Shown here: piece by piece, positions 9,824-20,200 of the stretch
Position numbering within the stretch: the stretch's first letter is position 1
How the letters are laid out: every line of letters begins with the position of its first letter
The notes under the pieces: generated by a model
Seen by the model: the letters and a program-made list of their open reading frames with translations, nothing else
What the model was told of the DNA's origin: nothing
Database searches by the model: none
Translations under genes and position numbers: made by a program
Assembly: GCA_942493095.1 (NCBI GenBank)
Contig: OW818675.1
Location: forward strand, 1,560,001-1,592,000
Length of the DNA: 32,000 nt
DNA from: Candidatus Electronema halotolerans
Lineage (GTDB): Bacteria > Desulfobacterota > Desulfobulbia > Desulfobulbales > Desulfobulbaceae
Direction of reading: 5' to 3'

Positions 9824-9943
9824 GATCTGTTTTGGCAGAGGAGAGCTTTTTACCTGTTTTTTGTCAAAAGTATGCTACAATTGACCACAACAGCCTTGGA
9901 CAGCGACGCAAGGGGCAGCTCTTTTTCCCCGCATCATAATGCC

Positions 9944-11356
9944 ATGCAGTCAGCCGTGAAACATATTCTTTTCGCCCTCTTTTTTGTTGTTCTGGCCGTC
10001 TGGCCGGTCTCAGCCCAGTTCACCAGCGCAGGCTGGGTGACTGTTCCGGCTGACACCGGCTTTCCGATGTATCCGATCATCATGCCAAACATCCGTTTCT
10101 GGGAGAAAATCTACGGCACCTACACAGAGAATCAAGGGGTGCTGCACGACCGGGACAACTTGGATGTGATTTACGGCACGGTCAATTTTGTCAGCAAGCA
10201 TACTCCAGGCGCAGCGAAAATCAATGAAAAACTGATCGACTTCTCCCGCCAGAACTATAAAAACATGCTCATCAAATTTGCGACAGGCGGCAAGGCGGAG
10301 AACAAGGAGGAGCAGCGGATTTATCTGCTCTTTGCCCGGAGAACGCCGGAGGTCTTTCGGGAAGCCAGTGAGAACATCCGCCTCCAGACCGGCCTCAAGC
10401 GGCATTTCCGGGACGGCGTGATCCGCTCCGGCGCGTACATGCCCATGATCAAACGGGTGCTGCGCCAGCAGGGCCTGCCCGAAGAATTGGCCTATCTGCC
10501 CCATGTTGAATCCTCCTTCAATCCCAAGGCCCATTCCAAGGCCGGAGCTGCCGGGCTGTGGCAGTTCACCCGCAGCACAGGCCGGGACTTTATGACCATC
10601 AATGAGCTGGTTGACGAACGCTATGATCCGCACATCGCCACTGAGGCGGCAGCCCGTTTTTTAAAAGGAAACCACCGCAGTCTCGGCTCCTGGCCGCTGG
10701 CCCTGACAGCCTACAATCACGGGCGGGCCGGGATGTTGCGGGCCAAAGAGCAGTGGGGTTCCTATCCAGCTGTTTTCGCCCGGCATAGCAGTGCAACATT
10801 CGGTTTTGCCTCGAAAAATTTTTATTCTGAATTTGTCGCCGCCTACCGGGCAGCCAAACGCCTAGAGGCTGACCACAGCGTAATCCGCGACCGGCCTTGG
10901 GCCAGCGCGACCCTCCATCTCAAAGGCTATGCCGCTGTCAAGGACCTGCTCCGCTATTTCGGCGTTTCTGCTGACGAATTCCGCCGCCTCAATCCTGCCC
11001 TGCGCCAGCCTGTGCTGGATGGAGAGAAATACATTCCCAAAGGCGTGAAACTGCATCTGCCTGCGACCCATTTCATCCGTGAGCGCATCCGCACACTGCC
11101 GGACAGACTCCTTCACAGCAGTCAGTTAGCTGACAGCAGGCCGGAGACAGGAAGCCGGAGAACTTATACGGTTAAGCGGGGTGACACCGCCTTGGGCATT
11201 GCCAGACGCTTTGGCATCACGCTGGACACCCTGCGACGGCTCAACCGATTGAACAAAAAGGCGGATGTGCAGATCGGCCAGCGGCTGACCGTTCCCGGCA
11301 GCAGCGGCAGTTCCAGCCGCCGCATGATCAAGAGCAAAGCAAAACGAAGACCCTGA
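9944..11356 (+). CDS. mltD: Membrane-bound lytic murein transglycosylase D (SLT + LysM)
   Basis: LPEELAYLPHVESSFNPKAHSKAGAAGLWQFTRSTGRDF and LysM repeat TYTVKRGDTALGIARRFGITLDTLRRLNRL. The true start is probably 9944 (MQSAVKHILFALFFVVLAVWPVSA signal); ORF sequence 9485-9943 is antisense to the Nudix gene. Confidence 0.93.
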   Translation: MQSAVKHILFALFFVVLAVWPVSAQFTSAGWVTVPADTGFPMYPIIMPNIRFWEKIYGTYTENQGVLHDRDNLDVIYGTVNFVSKHTPGAAKINEKLIDFSRQNYKNMLIKFATGGKAENKEEQRIYLLFARRTPEVFREASENIRLQTGLKRHFRDGVIRSGAYMPMIKRVLRQQGLPEELAYLPHVESSFNPKAHSKAGAAGLWQFTRSTGRDFMTINELVDERYDPHIATEAAARFLKGNHRSLGSWPLALTAYNHGRAGMLRAKEQWGSYPAVFARHSSATFGFASKNFYSEFVAAYRAAKRLEADHSVIRDRPWASATLHLKGYAAVKDLLRYFGVSADEFRRLNPALRQPVLDGEKYIPKGVKLHLPATHFIRERIRTLPDRLLHSSQLADSRPETGSRRTYTVKRGDTALGIARRFGITLDTLRRLNRLNKKADVQIGQRLTVPGSSGSSSRRMIKSKAKRRP

Positions 11357-11363
11357 AAAAAAC

Positions 11364-11726
11364 ATGGATATTTCAAAGACCATAGCAGAACTGAAAAAAC
11401 GGCCTGACTTCTGTGAGAAAGTCGGCATGATCCTGATTCACAACGGCGTGGTGCGGAGCTGGTCGCGCAAGGACGGCGCAGGAGTCAGCGGGCTGGAAAC
11501 CCAAGTTGATCACGAGCAAATTGCCCGGCTCCGCCAAGAATATTTAGCTTGGCCCGGCATTTACGAAATCATCATTGAAACAGACTCTGGCAGTTTTCAA
11601 CCCGGCGATGACCTGCTCTTCATCATTGTGGCCGGTGATCTGCGCGAGCATGTCAAACCGGTGCTGTCCGAGCTGCTCGACCGGGTCAAGGCCGAGGCAG
11701 TGCGGAAAAAGGAGTTTGCCGCCTGA
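11364..11726 (+). CDS. MoaE-like (molybdopterin synthase catalytic subunit family) protein
   Basis: 120 aa, VGMILIHNGVVRSWSRKDG..., C-terminal VKPVLSELLDRVKAEAVRKKEFAA resembling the MoaE Lys-Lys-Glu region. Confidence 0.6.
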   Translation: MDISKTIAELKKRPDFCEKVGMILIHNGVVRSWSRKDGAGVSGLETQVDHEQIARLRQEYLAWPGIYEIIIETDSGSFQPGDDLLFIIVAGDLREHVKPVLSELLDRVKAEAVRKKEFAA

Positions 11727-11734
11727 GCAGCACC

Positions 11735-13168
11735 ATGTCCGCTGTTGCTGCCCAGCCCAACCGGCTGATCCGCTGGGCCTTTGCCTGCCAGCCAGACGAG
11801 GGGCGGCCAGCCGCCCTCCTGCGCAGTCTCCTCCGCATCCTCCTGATTCTCTGGCATGAATTTTTTGCCAGCAGCATCTCGCTGCGGGCCGCCGCTCTGA
11901 CCTTTTCCGTGGTTCTGGCAATGGTGCCCTTGCTGGCCATGAGCACCGCCATTCTCAAAGGCCTTGGCAATGGGCAGCAGATGCGGATTGCCGCCTACCG
12001 GCTGATTGATCAGCTTGACCCGGAAGCGGCAATGAAGGCGGCAGCGCAGCAGGAGGAGCAGGAAGCTGCTGCCCCGGAGGAGCCGGAAAAACCGGAGCTG
12101 CCCAGCCTCAACCGCCATCTGCACAATGCGGTGGACAGCATCTTTGACTATGTGGAAAACACCAACTTTGCCGCTCTTGGCGCGTTTGGCATTGCCGGGC
12201 TGCTGATTGTGGTGATCACGGTGCTGAACGCGATTGAGGATGCGATGAACGCGATTTGGCACACGCAGCGGGGCAGGTCGATTTTCCGCAAGATCATGGA
12301 CTACTTAGCCCTGCTCGTTCTCCTGCCGATCTCGGTCAATCTCACCTTGGCCGCCGAGGCGGTGCTGACCTCGCAGAAGATCATGAAATATTTTGCCGCC
12401 GCCATTCCCTCGGCTTGGACGGTCGGCCTGCTCCTCAAACTGCTGCCCTTTGTCTTCATCACCCTGTCGCTGATGATGATGTACCTGTTCTTTCCCAGCG
12501 TCAAGGTCAGAACTGGCGCGGCCCTCTGCGGCGCGCTCTTCGGGGCCGTGTTCTGGTTCATTGTCCAGCGGCTCTACGTGATGCTGCAAGTCGGGGTGGC
12601 CAATTACAACGCCATCTACGGTTCTTTCGCCACTGTGCCGCTTTTCCTGGTTTGGATGCAGCTTGGCTGGATATTCATTTTGCTCGGCGCAGTGCTGGCC
12701 TACGCTATCCAAAACCATAACCACTACCGGCTGCCCGGCAGGGAGAGCACGGCCCGGCAGCGGCTTCAGCAGGCCTTTGATGTCCTGCTCACGGTCTATG
12801 GCAATTTTGCCCGCGCCGAGGCCACGGAAGAGGAGCGGCTGGCCCAAGGCTGCGCAGTCTTGAATGAAGCTGATCTTGATCAGACCGTGCAGCTGCTGAT
12901 CAGCGGCGGCCTGCTGCACGAAGTTGAGCGGAACGGCGCGCTGGCGTATATTCCGGCCCGGCCTGCGGAGCAGCTTGATGCCGCCTCTGTGGTGCGGCTG
13001 ATTTTCGGACACAGCTCAGAAAAAGACTCCGCAGGCGGCAGGCTGGCCGGACAAGTTGCTCAGGCAGCGGAAGCAGCAATTGCGCCTGCGGCATTCGCCC
13101 TCTTGAACATCAATGAATTGACAGCATCTCATGAAAAAAACAGTTCCTTCTCCGCAACTCAGTCCTGA
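11735..13168 (+). CDS. YihY/virulence factor BrkB (ribonuclease BN-like) inner membrane protein
   Basis: Multi-TM; AALTFSVVLAMVPLLAM, NAIEDAMNAIWHTQRGRS, YNAIYGSFATVPLFLVWMQLGWIFILLGAVLAYAIQN. Confidence 0.92.
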   Translation: MSAVAAQPNRLIRWAFACQPDEGRPAALLRSLLRILLILWHEFFASSISLRAAALTFSVVLAMVPLLAMSTAILKGLGNGQQMRIAAYRLIDQLDPEAAMKAAAQQEEQEAAAPEEPEKPELPSLNRHLHNAVDSIFDYVENTNFAALGAFGIAGLLIVVITVLNAIEDAMNAIWHTQRGRSIFRKIMDYLALLVLLPISVNLTLAAEAVLTSQKIMKYFAAAIPSAWTVGLLLKLLPFVFITLSLMMMYLFFPSVKVRTGAALCGALFGAVFWFIVQRLYVMLQVGVANYNAIYGSFATVPLFLVWMQLGWIFILLGAVLAYAIQNHNHYRLPGRESTARQRLQQAFDVLLTVYGNFARAEATEEERLAQGCAVLNEADLDQTVQLLISGGLLHEVERNGALAYIPARPAEQLDAASVVRLIFGHSSEKDSAGGRLAGQVAQAAEAAIAPAAFALLNINELTASHEKNSSFSATQS

Positions 13169-13934
13169 GATCAGCCTGATTGACACCCACTGCCATTTGG
13201 ACATGGCTGCCTATCAACCTGATCTGGATCAGATTATTGCTGATGCCCGCCGCTGCGGCGTGACCCGGATCATCACCATTGGCATTGATTTACCCAGCTC
13301 ATGCCGGGCCGCAGAGCTGGCGCAATGCTATGCAGGCGTGTATGCGGCGGTCGGCATTCATCCTCATGATGCGGAGAGCGCAGACGAGGAGACGTTCCGG
13401 CGGCTTGCAGAACTGGCTGCCGCGCCCAAGGTGGTTGGTTACGGGGAAATCGGTTTGGATTATGCCAAGAACTATTCGCCCAAGGAGGTGCAGCTCCGGG
13501 TCTTTGCCCGCCAGCTTGAGCTGGCTAAAGAACTGCGCCTGCCGCTGATCATCCATGACCGGGATGCGCACGAGGACACCCTGCGGCTGCTGCGAGAGCA
13601 AGGGCCGTTTCCGCACGGCGGAGTCATGCACTGTTTTTCCGGCGATGCGGAATTGGCCCGGCAGGTGCTGGACTTAGGTTTCTATGTCTCCATACCCGGC
13701 ATTGTCACCTTTCCCAATGCGGCAATGATGCGGGAGGCGGTTCGAGAAGTGCCGACAGACAGGCTGCTGCTGGAAACCGACGGCCCTTTTCTTGCGCCAG
13801 TGCCGTTCCGGGGCAAGCGCAATCTGCCGCAATATCTCCTGCACACGGCTGCGGCAGTTGCGGAACTGAAAGGCGTTTCTCTTGACGATATAGCCCGGCA
13901 GACCACTGTCAATGCTGAGAAATTATTTTTCTAA
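13131..13934 (+). CDS. TatD family DNase/hydrolase
   Basis: IDTHCHLDMAAY, AVGIHPHDA, VGYGEIGLDY, LIIHDRDAHEDT, GVMHCFSG, LLLETDGPFLAPVP. Confidence 0.96.
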   Translation: MKKTVPSPQLSPEISLIDTHCHLDMAAYQPDLDQIIADARRCGVTRIITIGIDLPSSCRAAELAQCYAGVYAAVGIHPHDAESADEETFRRLAELAAAPKVVGYGEIGLDYAKNYSPKEVQLRVFARQLELAKELRLPLIIHDRDAHEDTLRLLREQGPFPHGGVMHCFSGDAELARQVLDLGFYVSIPGIVTFPNAAMMREAVREVPTDRLLLETDGPFLAPVPFRGKRNLPQYLLHTAAAVAELKGVSLDDIARQTTVNAEKLFF

Positions 13935-14217
13935 TAAATACATTATCTTGATCACTGCTCTCTTCCGCATCGACGGACAACTTACTCATGTTGATGATGA
14001 GGTTAAAGAGCAAATTCCCTTCCGTCATCCTATCCACTGACCGACCCAATCACAATCACCGCAGGCAGCAGTATCCTCCAGTGCAATATGCCGAAATGAC
14101 GTGGAAACACAGGGGGCCGCCCCTACGCTCATTTTTTTGACCATGAGAGTTGACATTTCTGTTCAGACATGCTATGAGCTTTTTCATTCATTTTTCAGAT
14201 CATAGCTGAGGATTTCC

Positions 14218-17200
14218 GTGAAGAAAACAATCCTGCTGTCTCTTGCCGCGATGTTGTGCTGTTTCCTGCTGCCCTCAGCATGGGCTGACAAGACGGACAG
14301 CTCCCTGCTGCGCATGTTCATGATGATACGAACAGCTTCCTCGCCCAAGGTGTCTTTGAGCGCAGAACCGGCTGCGATCAAATTGGGTGGAACAGCAACG
14401 CTGACGTGGATCAGCAAGAACGCGGACACGGTCAGCATTGACAACGGCATTGGCGCAGTCGATCTGAACGGCTCTCAGTCTGTGGCTCCGACGACGACCA
14501 CAACTTACACCATCACTGCTGCCGGAGCAAAAGGCACAGTTACGGACAGTGTCACAGTCACGGTGCTTCAGCCGCCTGTGGTTTCTCTGGCTGCTGATCC
14601 GACTTCCATCATAGAAGGGAGCAGCTCAACCCTGACGTGGACCAGCACCAATGCGGATTCCGTCAGCATAGACAACAATATCGGCACGGTCGCTGCAAGC
14701 GGCACAAGAAGCGTTTCTCCTTCAGCAGACACGACCTACAAAATTACCGCAACCGGCCCCGGCGGCACGGCCTCGGATACTGCTGCAATTACAGTTTCGC
14801 CTGCTGATGCCCCTGCAATTACGATTTCCGCAGCATCGGAGAGCATTGCCCTTGGTGCTTCCACGGAGCTGTCTTGGCAGAGCCAAAACGTTGACAATAT
14901 CAGTATTGACAACGGGATTGGCGAAGTTGCGGCAAATGGTTCTCAGAGCATCACTCCCCAGCATACCACAACTTATACGATTACCGGTTCAGGAGACAAA
15001 GGCACGGTCAGCGCGCAGGTGACGGTACAGGTGACAGGCAATCCGGCAGCACCGCCGGAAGGCTCGTTTGGTGAGCAATATGAAGACCTTATGCCGCCGG
15101 ATGCGACGATTGATGAATACGATGCCAAGCGGTTTTCGCTGATCACCGGCATGGTGCATGATCTGCAAGATGCGCCGTTAGAGGATGTGCGCGTCACGGT
15201 GCATGATCATCCTGAATACGGCACTGTAAAGACCGCTGCGGACGGCAGGTTCACCCTTCCGGCAGAAGGCGGCGGCACTATGACCATTGCCTATAAACGG
15301 GCCGGGTATATCACCGCGCATCGTCAGGTCTATGTGCCGTGGAATGACATTGCGGTTGCGGAAACGGTGCAGATGCTGGTTGAAGATTCAGCGGCCACGC
15401 AAGTCACTTTTGACGGCAATCCTGCAACCATAGCCACGCATGTAAATACGCCGGTTACGGACGAGTTCGGCAGCCGCTCTGCGACCATCGTTTTTCAGGG
15501 CGACAACATGGCCCATCTGGTTGATGAGCAGGGCAACATAATTCAGGACTTGCCGAACATTACGGCCAGAGCCACAGAGTTCAAGACGCAGGAGTCCATG
15601 CCTGCGGTTTTGCCGCCAAATTCCGCCTATACCTACTGCACGGAACTGTCCGTGGATGGCGCGGCGCGAGTGCGCTTTGACAAGCCGGTCACTGTCTGGG
15701 TGGACAACTTCCTCAAATTTGATGTCGGCGAAAAAGTGCCGGTTGGCTATTACAACCGGGATCGCGGAGTTTGGGTGCCGTCTGAGAACGGCCTTGTGGT
15801 CAAGCTCTTGGATACGGACAGCGACGGCGTTGCGGATGCCTTGGATTCGGATGGCGACGGCCAGCCGAATGATCTGAATAATAACGGTTCTTTTGCTGAT
15901 GAAGTGATTGGCTTGGAAGATGCGAGCCGGTATGTGCCAGGAAAGGAATTTTGGCGGGTAACTGTCACCCATTTCACGCCGTGGGACTGCAACTGGCCGT
16001 ATGGCCCGCCCGCTGATGCGACAGGGCCGAATCCTAATGGTGTTCCTGATGCGGAAGAACCTATAAATGATGCTGCGGAAGAACCTATAAATGATGCCAA
16101 TAACGGACTGAAAAAGGATGACACGGACTGCAACGGCTCTTACATCAAAAAACGCGGGCGGATTGTTCATGAAGATATTCCGATTCCCGGAACGGGCATG
16201 ACCCTGCATTACGCCTCTAATCGGGTGGAGGGCTACAAGCAGGTCATCACGGTTCCGGCCAGCGGCGACACGGTGCCGGACAGTCTGAAGAGCATCATTG
16301 TTGAGGTGAAACTTGCCGGGCGCACGCTGACGCAGACTTTAGAACCGCAGCCGAATAAGCAGGCGCAATTTGTCTGGGATGGTTTGGATTATTTGGGCCG
16401 CGAAGCAGGAACTGTGCAAGCTGATGTGGCTGTGGGTTTTGTCTATGATGCGGTGTATTACACAGCCAGAAATGATGTTGCCAATGCCTTTGCTCAGGCT
16501 GGAAGCGAGGTGAGCGGTATTCGGGCGCGGCAGGAGGTTACTTCGTGGCAGCGTTTTCAGCTTCAAATTAGCGCAGGCAAAGCTGCGGGCAACATTGCTG
16601 AAGGCTGGAGCCTGTCTGATCATCATGTCCTTGGAAGAGGTGCTGCATACCTTAACAAAGGGTATGGCTCCTTTTTGGAAAATAACAACACGCAAATCAT
16701 AACAACCGTGGCTGGTAACGGCTTCTATGGCTCCAGCGGTGACGACGGTCCGGCAACCGAGGCCAAGCTGAATAATCCAAGCGGAGTGGCGACAGATAAA
16801 GCGGGAAATATATTTATTGCCGATAGAGGAAACCATCGCATCCGCAAGGTGGATACAAACGGCATTATAACAACAGTGGCAGGCACCGGCTCTGAAGGCT
16901 ACAACGGCGACAACATTCCAGCTATTGATGCCAAACTTGCTGAACCAAGAGATGTCGTGGTCGATCAGCTCGGCAATATTTTCATTGCCGAATACGATAA
17001 CCATCGCATCCGCAAGGTGGATACAAACGGTATTATCACCACAGTGGCAGGCAACGGTGCTACAGGTAATGGCGGTGATGGCGGTCGAGCTATTGATGCC
17101 GAACTTCAGAATCCTTATCAATTGGCAGTGGATGAAAGCGGCAATATCTTTATTGGGCACAATACCAGCCCGATTAGCAGGTATATTCGCAAAGTGGATA

Positions 17201-20200
17201 CAAACGGCATCATTACCACTATAACAAAACCCTACAAAATAGGAGGATTAGCAGTCGATCAGGCTGGCAATCTTCTCTTTGCCAATTCAATGTTCGCTCG
17301 TATCAGTAAGATTGATTCCAGCACCGGCATCATGACTACGGTGGCCGGAAATGGCTCTGGGGACTACAGCGGCGATGGAGGCCCGGCAACCGAGGCCAGT
17401 CTTCATAATGCAGTGGATATTACTTTAGACCAAGCTGGAAACCTCTTTATTGCCGACTATGACAACAAACGTATCCGCAAGGTTGCGAACGGGATTATCA
17501 GCACAGTGGCTGGAAATGGGTCATCAGGCTCTGAAGGCGACGGCGGCCCGGCTGCTGCCGCCAGTCTTTTTGAGCCTAACAGGGTGGCAGTGGATCATGA
17601 AGGCAATATTTTCATTGCTGAGTATGGTCACCACCGCATCCGCAAAGTTGCCGCTGCATCCGCTGTGTTCAGGTCGCATCTAATGGAAGCAGGCGACATC
17701 CCCTTTGCCGACTCCAACGGCCTTGGCTACATCATGTCCGCTGCTGGTCTCCATAAAAAGACCATTGATTTAGACAGCGGCCTTGTTGTGCAGAACTTCG
17801 CATATGATAGCGACAACAACCTGATTTCCATCACCGACCAGTTCGGCAATGTCACGGCGATTGCGCGGGATGCAAACGGCACACCGACTGCCATTGTCTC
17901 GCCGGACGGCCTGCGCACCGAGCTGCACATCAACGCGGACAAGCAGCTTGCCAAGATCGTTTACCCGGACAGCAGCGCCTACAATTTCACCTACAGCCCG
18001 GACAGCCTGATGACGGTTGAGACGGAGCCGAACGGCAACCGTTTTGAACATCATTTTGATGCCAACGGCAAAATCGCTGAGGTGCTTGACGAGGAAGGCG
18101 GCCAGTGGCAATACTCGCGGCAGCGGCTGGCGAACGGCGAGGTGCGGATTGAATCAGTCACGGCTGAGGGCAACCGCACGGTAAATCTGGATACCAACGC
18201 TTCCACTGGGGCCTTTTCCACTGTCACCATTGACCCCAGCGGCAACGAAAGCAGCTTCAGCCGTTCTGCTGACGGCCTCAGTGAAACACGGGAACTTTCC
18301 TGCGGCATGACAAGCTGGACAGACTACGGCTTGGATGCGGAATACAAGTACAAGGTCGCGCAGAGCACAGGCACGCAGTCGCCTGCCGGACTGACCAAAG
18401 TCGCCCAAATAGATAAAACCTATCAGGATACGAATACAGACGAGATACCTGACCTGATCAAGGAAACGCTCTCCCGCGACGGCAGACTGACAACCCTTGT
18501 TCATAACACCCTGATCGGGGAAAAGACTGTCACTACGCCGAAAGGCAGGAAAGTGACGGCCAAGTATGATCCGGCGACCCTGCTCACCAAGAGCGTGGAA
18601 ATTCCCGGCCTTTCTCCGACCAACTATGCCTACGACAGCAAGGGCCGTTTGACCTCGGTCACGACGGATGAGCGGACAGCGGCGTTCAGCTATAACGCGC
18701 AGGGTTTTCTTGCCTCGCAGACTGACCCGGAAGGGCGCACCACCTCCTACAGCCATGATGCGGTGGGCAGAGTGACCAAGATAACCCGGCCTGATGCCAG
18801 CACGGTTCAGTTCAGTTATGACAGCAACGGCAATATGACCGCGCTGACCAATCCATCAGCGACAAATCATCTGTTCGACTACAACAAGGTCAATAAGCAG
18901 AACGCCTACAATACACCGATCAGCGGCTCATACAGCTACGTTTATGACAAGGACAGGCGGCTGAAGCGAACGGATTTCCCGTCAGGCGCGCAAATCAGCA
19001 ATATCTACACCGACAATCTGCTGACCCAGACGCAGACTCCTGAAGGCAATATTGATTATACGTACCTTTGCAGCTCCAAGGTTGGTTCGATCAGCAAAGG
19101 CGGTGAAACTATTGCCTACAACTATGACGGCAGTTTGCTCACCTCGGAAAGCAAGAGCGGCACAGTCAATCAGACGCTGACGTTCTCGTATAACAACGAC
19201 TTCGATCTGTCCGCAATCACGTATGCCGGAAGTACGGAAAATCTCAGCTATGATGACGACGGCCTGCTGATCAGTTCTGGTGCTTATGCCATAAGCAGAA
19301 ATGCGGCCAATGGTCTGCCGGAGCAGGTCAGCGGCAATGCTCTGAGCCGCAGCCGGACCTTTAACGGCTACGGCGAACTGACTGCGGAAAACTCGATGGT
19401 CAATACGCAGCCTGTCAACGGCTGGTCTGTGACTCGGAATAAGAACGGCAGAATACTGAGCAAAACCGAGAATGTGAACGGCAGCACGGTTGATTATGCG
19501 TATTCATACGACAACATGGGCAGACTGCTGACTGTGAAAAAAGGCGGCACGCTTGTGGAAGAGTATCAGTACGGCTTGAACGGCAGCCGCACGCATGAAA
19601 TGAACAGCCTCAAAGGTGTATCGAGCCGGGATTATAGCTATTCGGAGGAAGATCATCTGCTCTCCGCAGGCGATGTAAGCTATGCGTTCAATGCGGACGG
19701 CTTCCTGACCAGCAAGACCCAAGGTGCTGAGATAACCGCCTACAATTATTCCTCTCGCGGCGAGCTGCTGCAAGTCGCTCTGCCGGACGGAAAGAGCATT
19801 GAATACCTCCACGACCCGCTGGGCCGCAGGATTGCCAAGAAGGTCAACGGCACGATTGTGGAAAAATACCTCTGGCTTGGCCTGACCAAGCTCATGGCAA
19901 TCTATGACGGCAGCGACAACCTGCTGATGCGCTTTGAATATGCGGACGGCAGAATGCCCGCAGCCATGACCGCCAGCGGCGCGACCTATTATCTCAGCTA
20001 TGATCAGGTCGGCTCGCTGCGCACGGTTGCCGACGCGACCGGCAGCGTGGTCAAGGAAGTCAGCTATGATTCCTTTGGCACGATTCTTTCTGACAGCAAT
20101 TCCGCCTTGGCCGTGCCTTTCGGCTTTGCAGGCGGCCTGCATGATCGGGATACCGGATTGGTCAAATTCGGCTTCCGGGATTACGCCCCGGCAATTGGCC

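Noticed and set aside
9485-9943. 153-codon N-terminal extension of the murein transglycosylase ORF
   Set aside because: Antisense to the Nudix hydrolase gene; a clear signal peptide start (MQSAVKHILFALFF...) is at 9944.
15388-16209. 273-aa minus-strand ORF with internal YRFFRSIIYRFFRIR repeats
   Set aside because: Antisense to the RHS gene; the repeat mirrors the duplicated EEPINDA coding segment (EPINDAAEEPINDA) on the plus strand.
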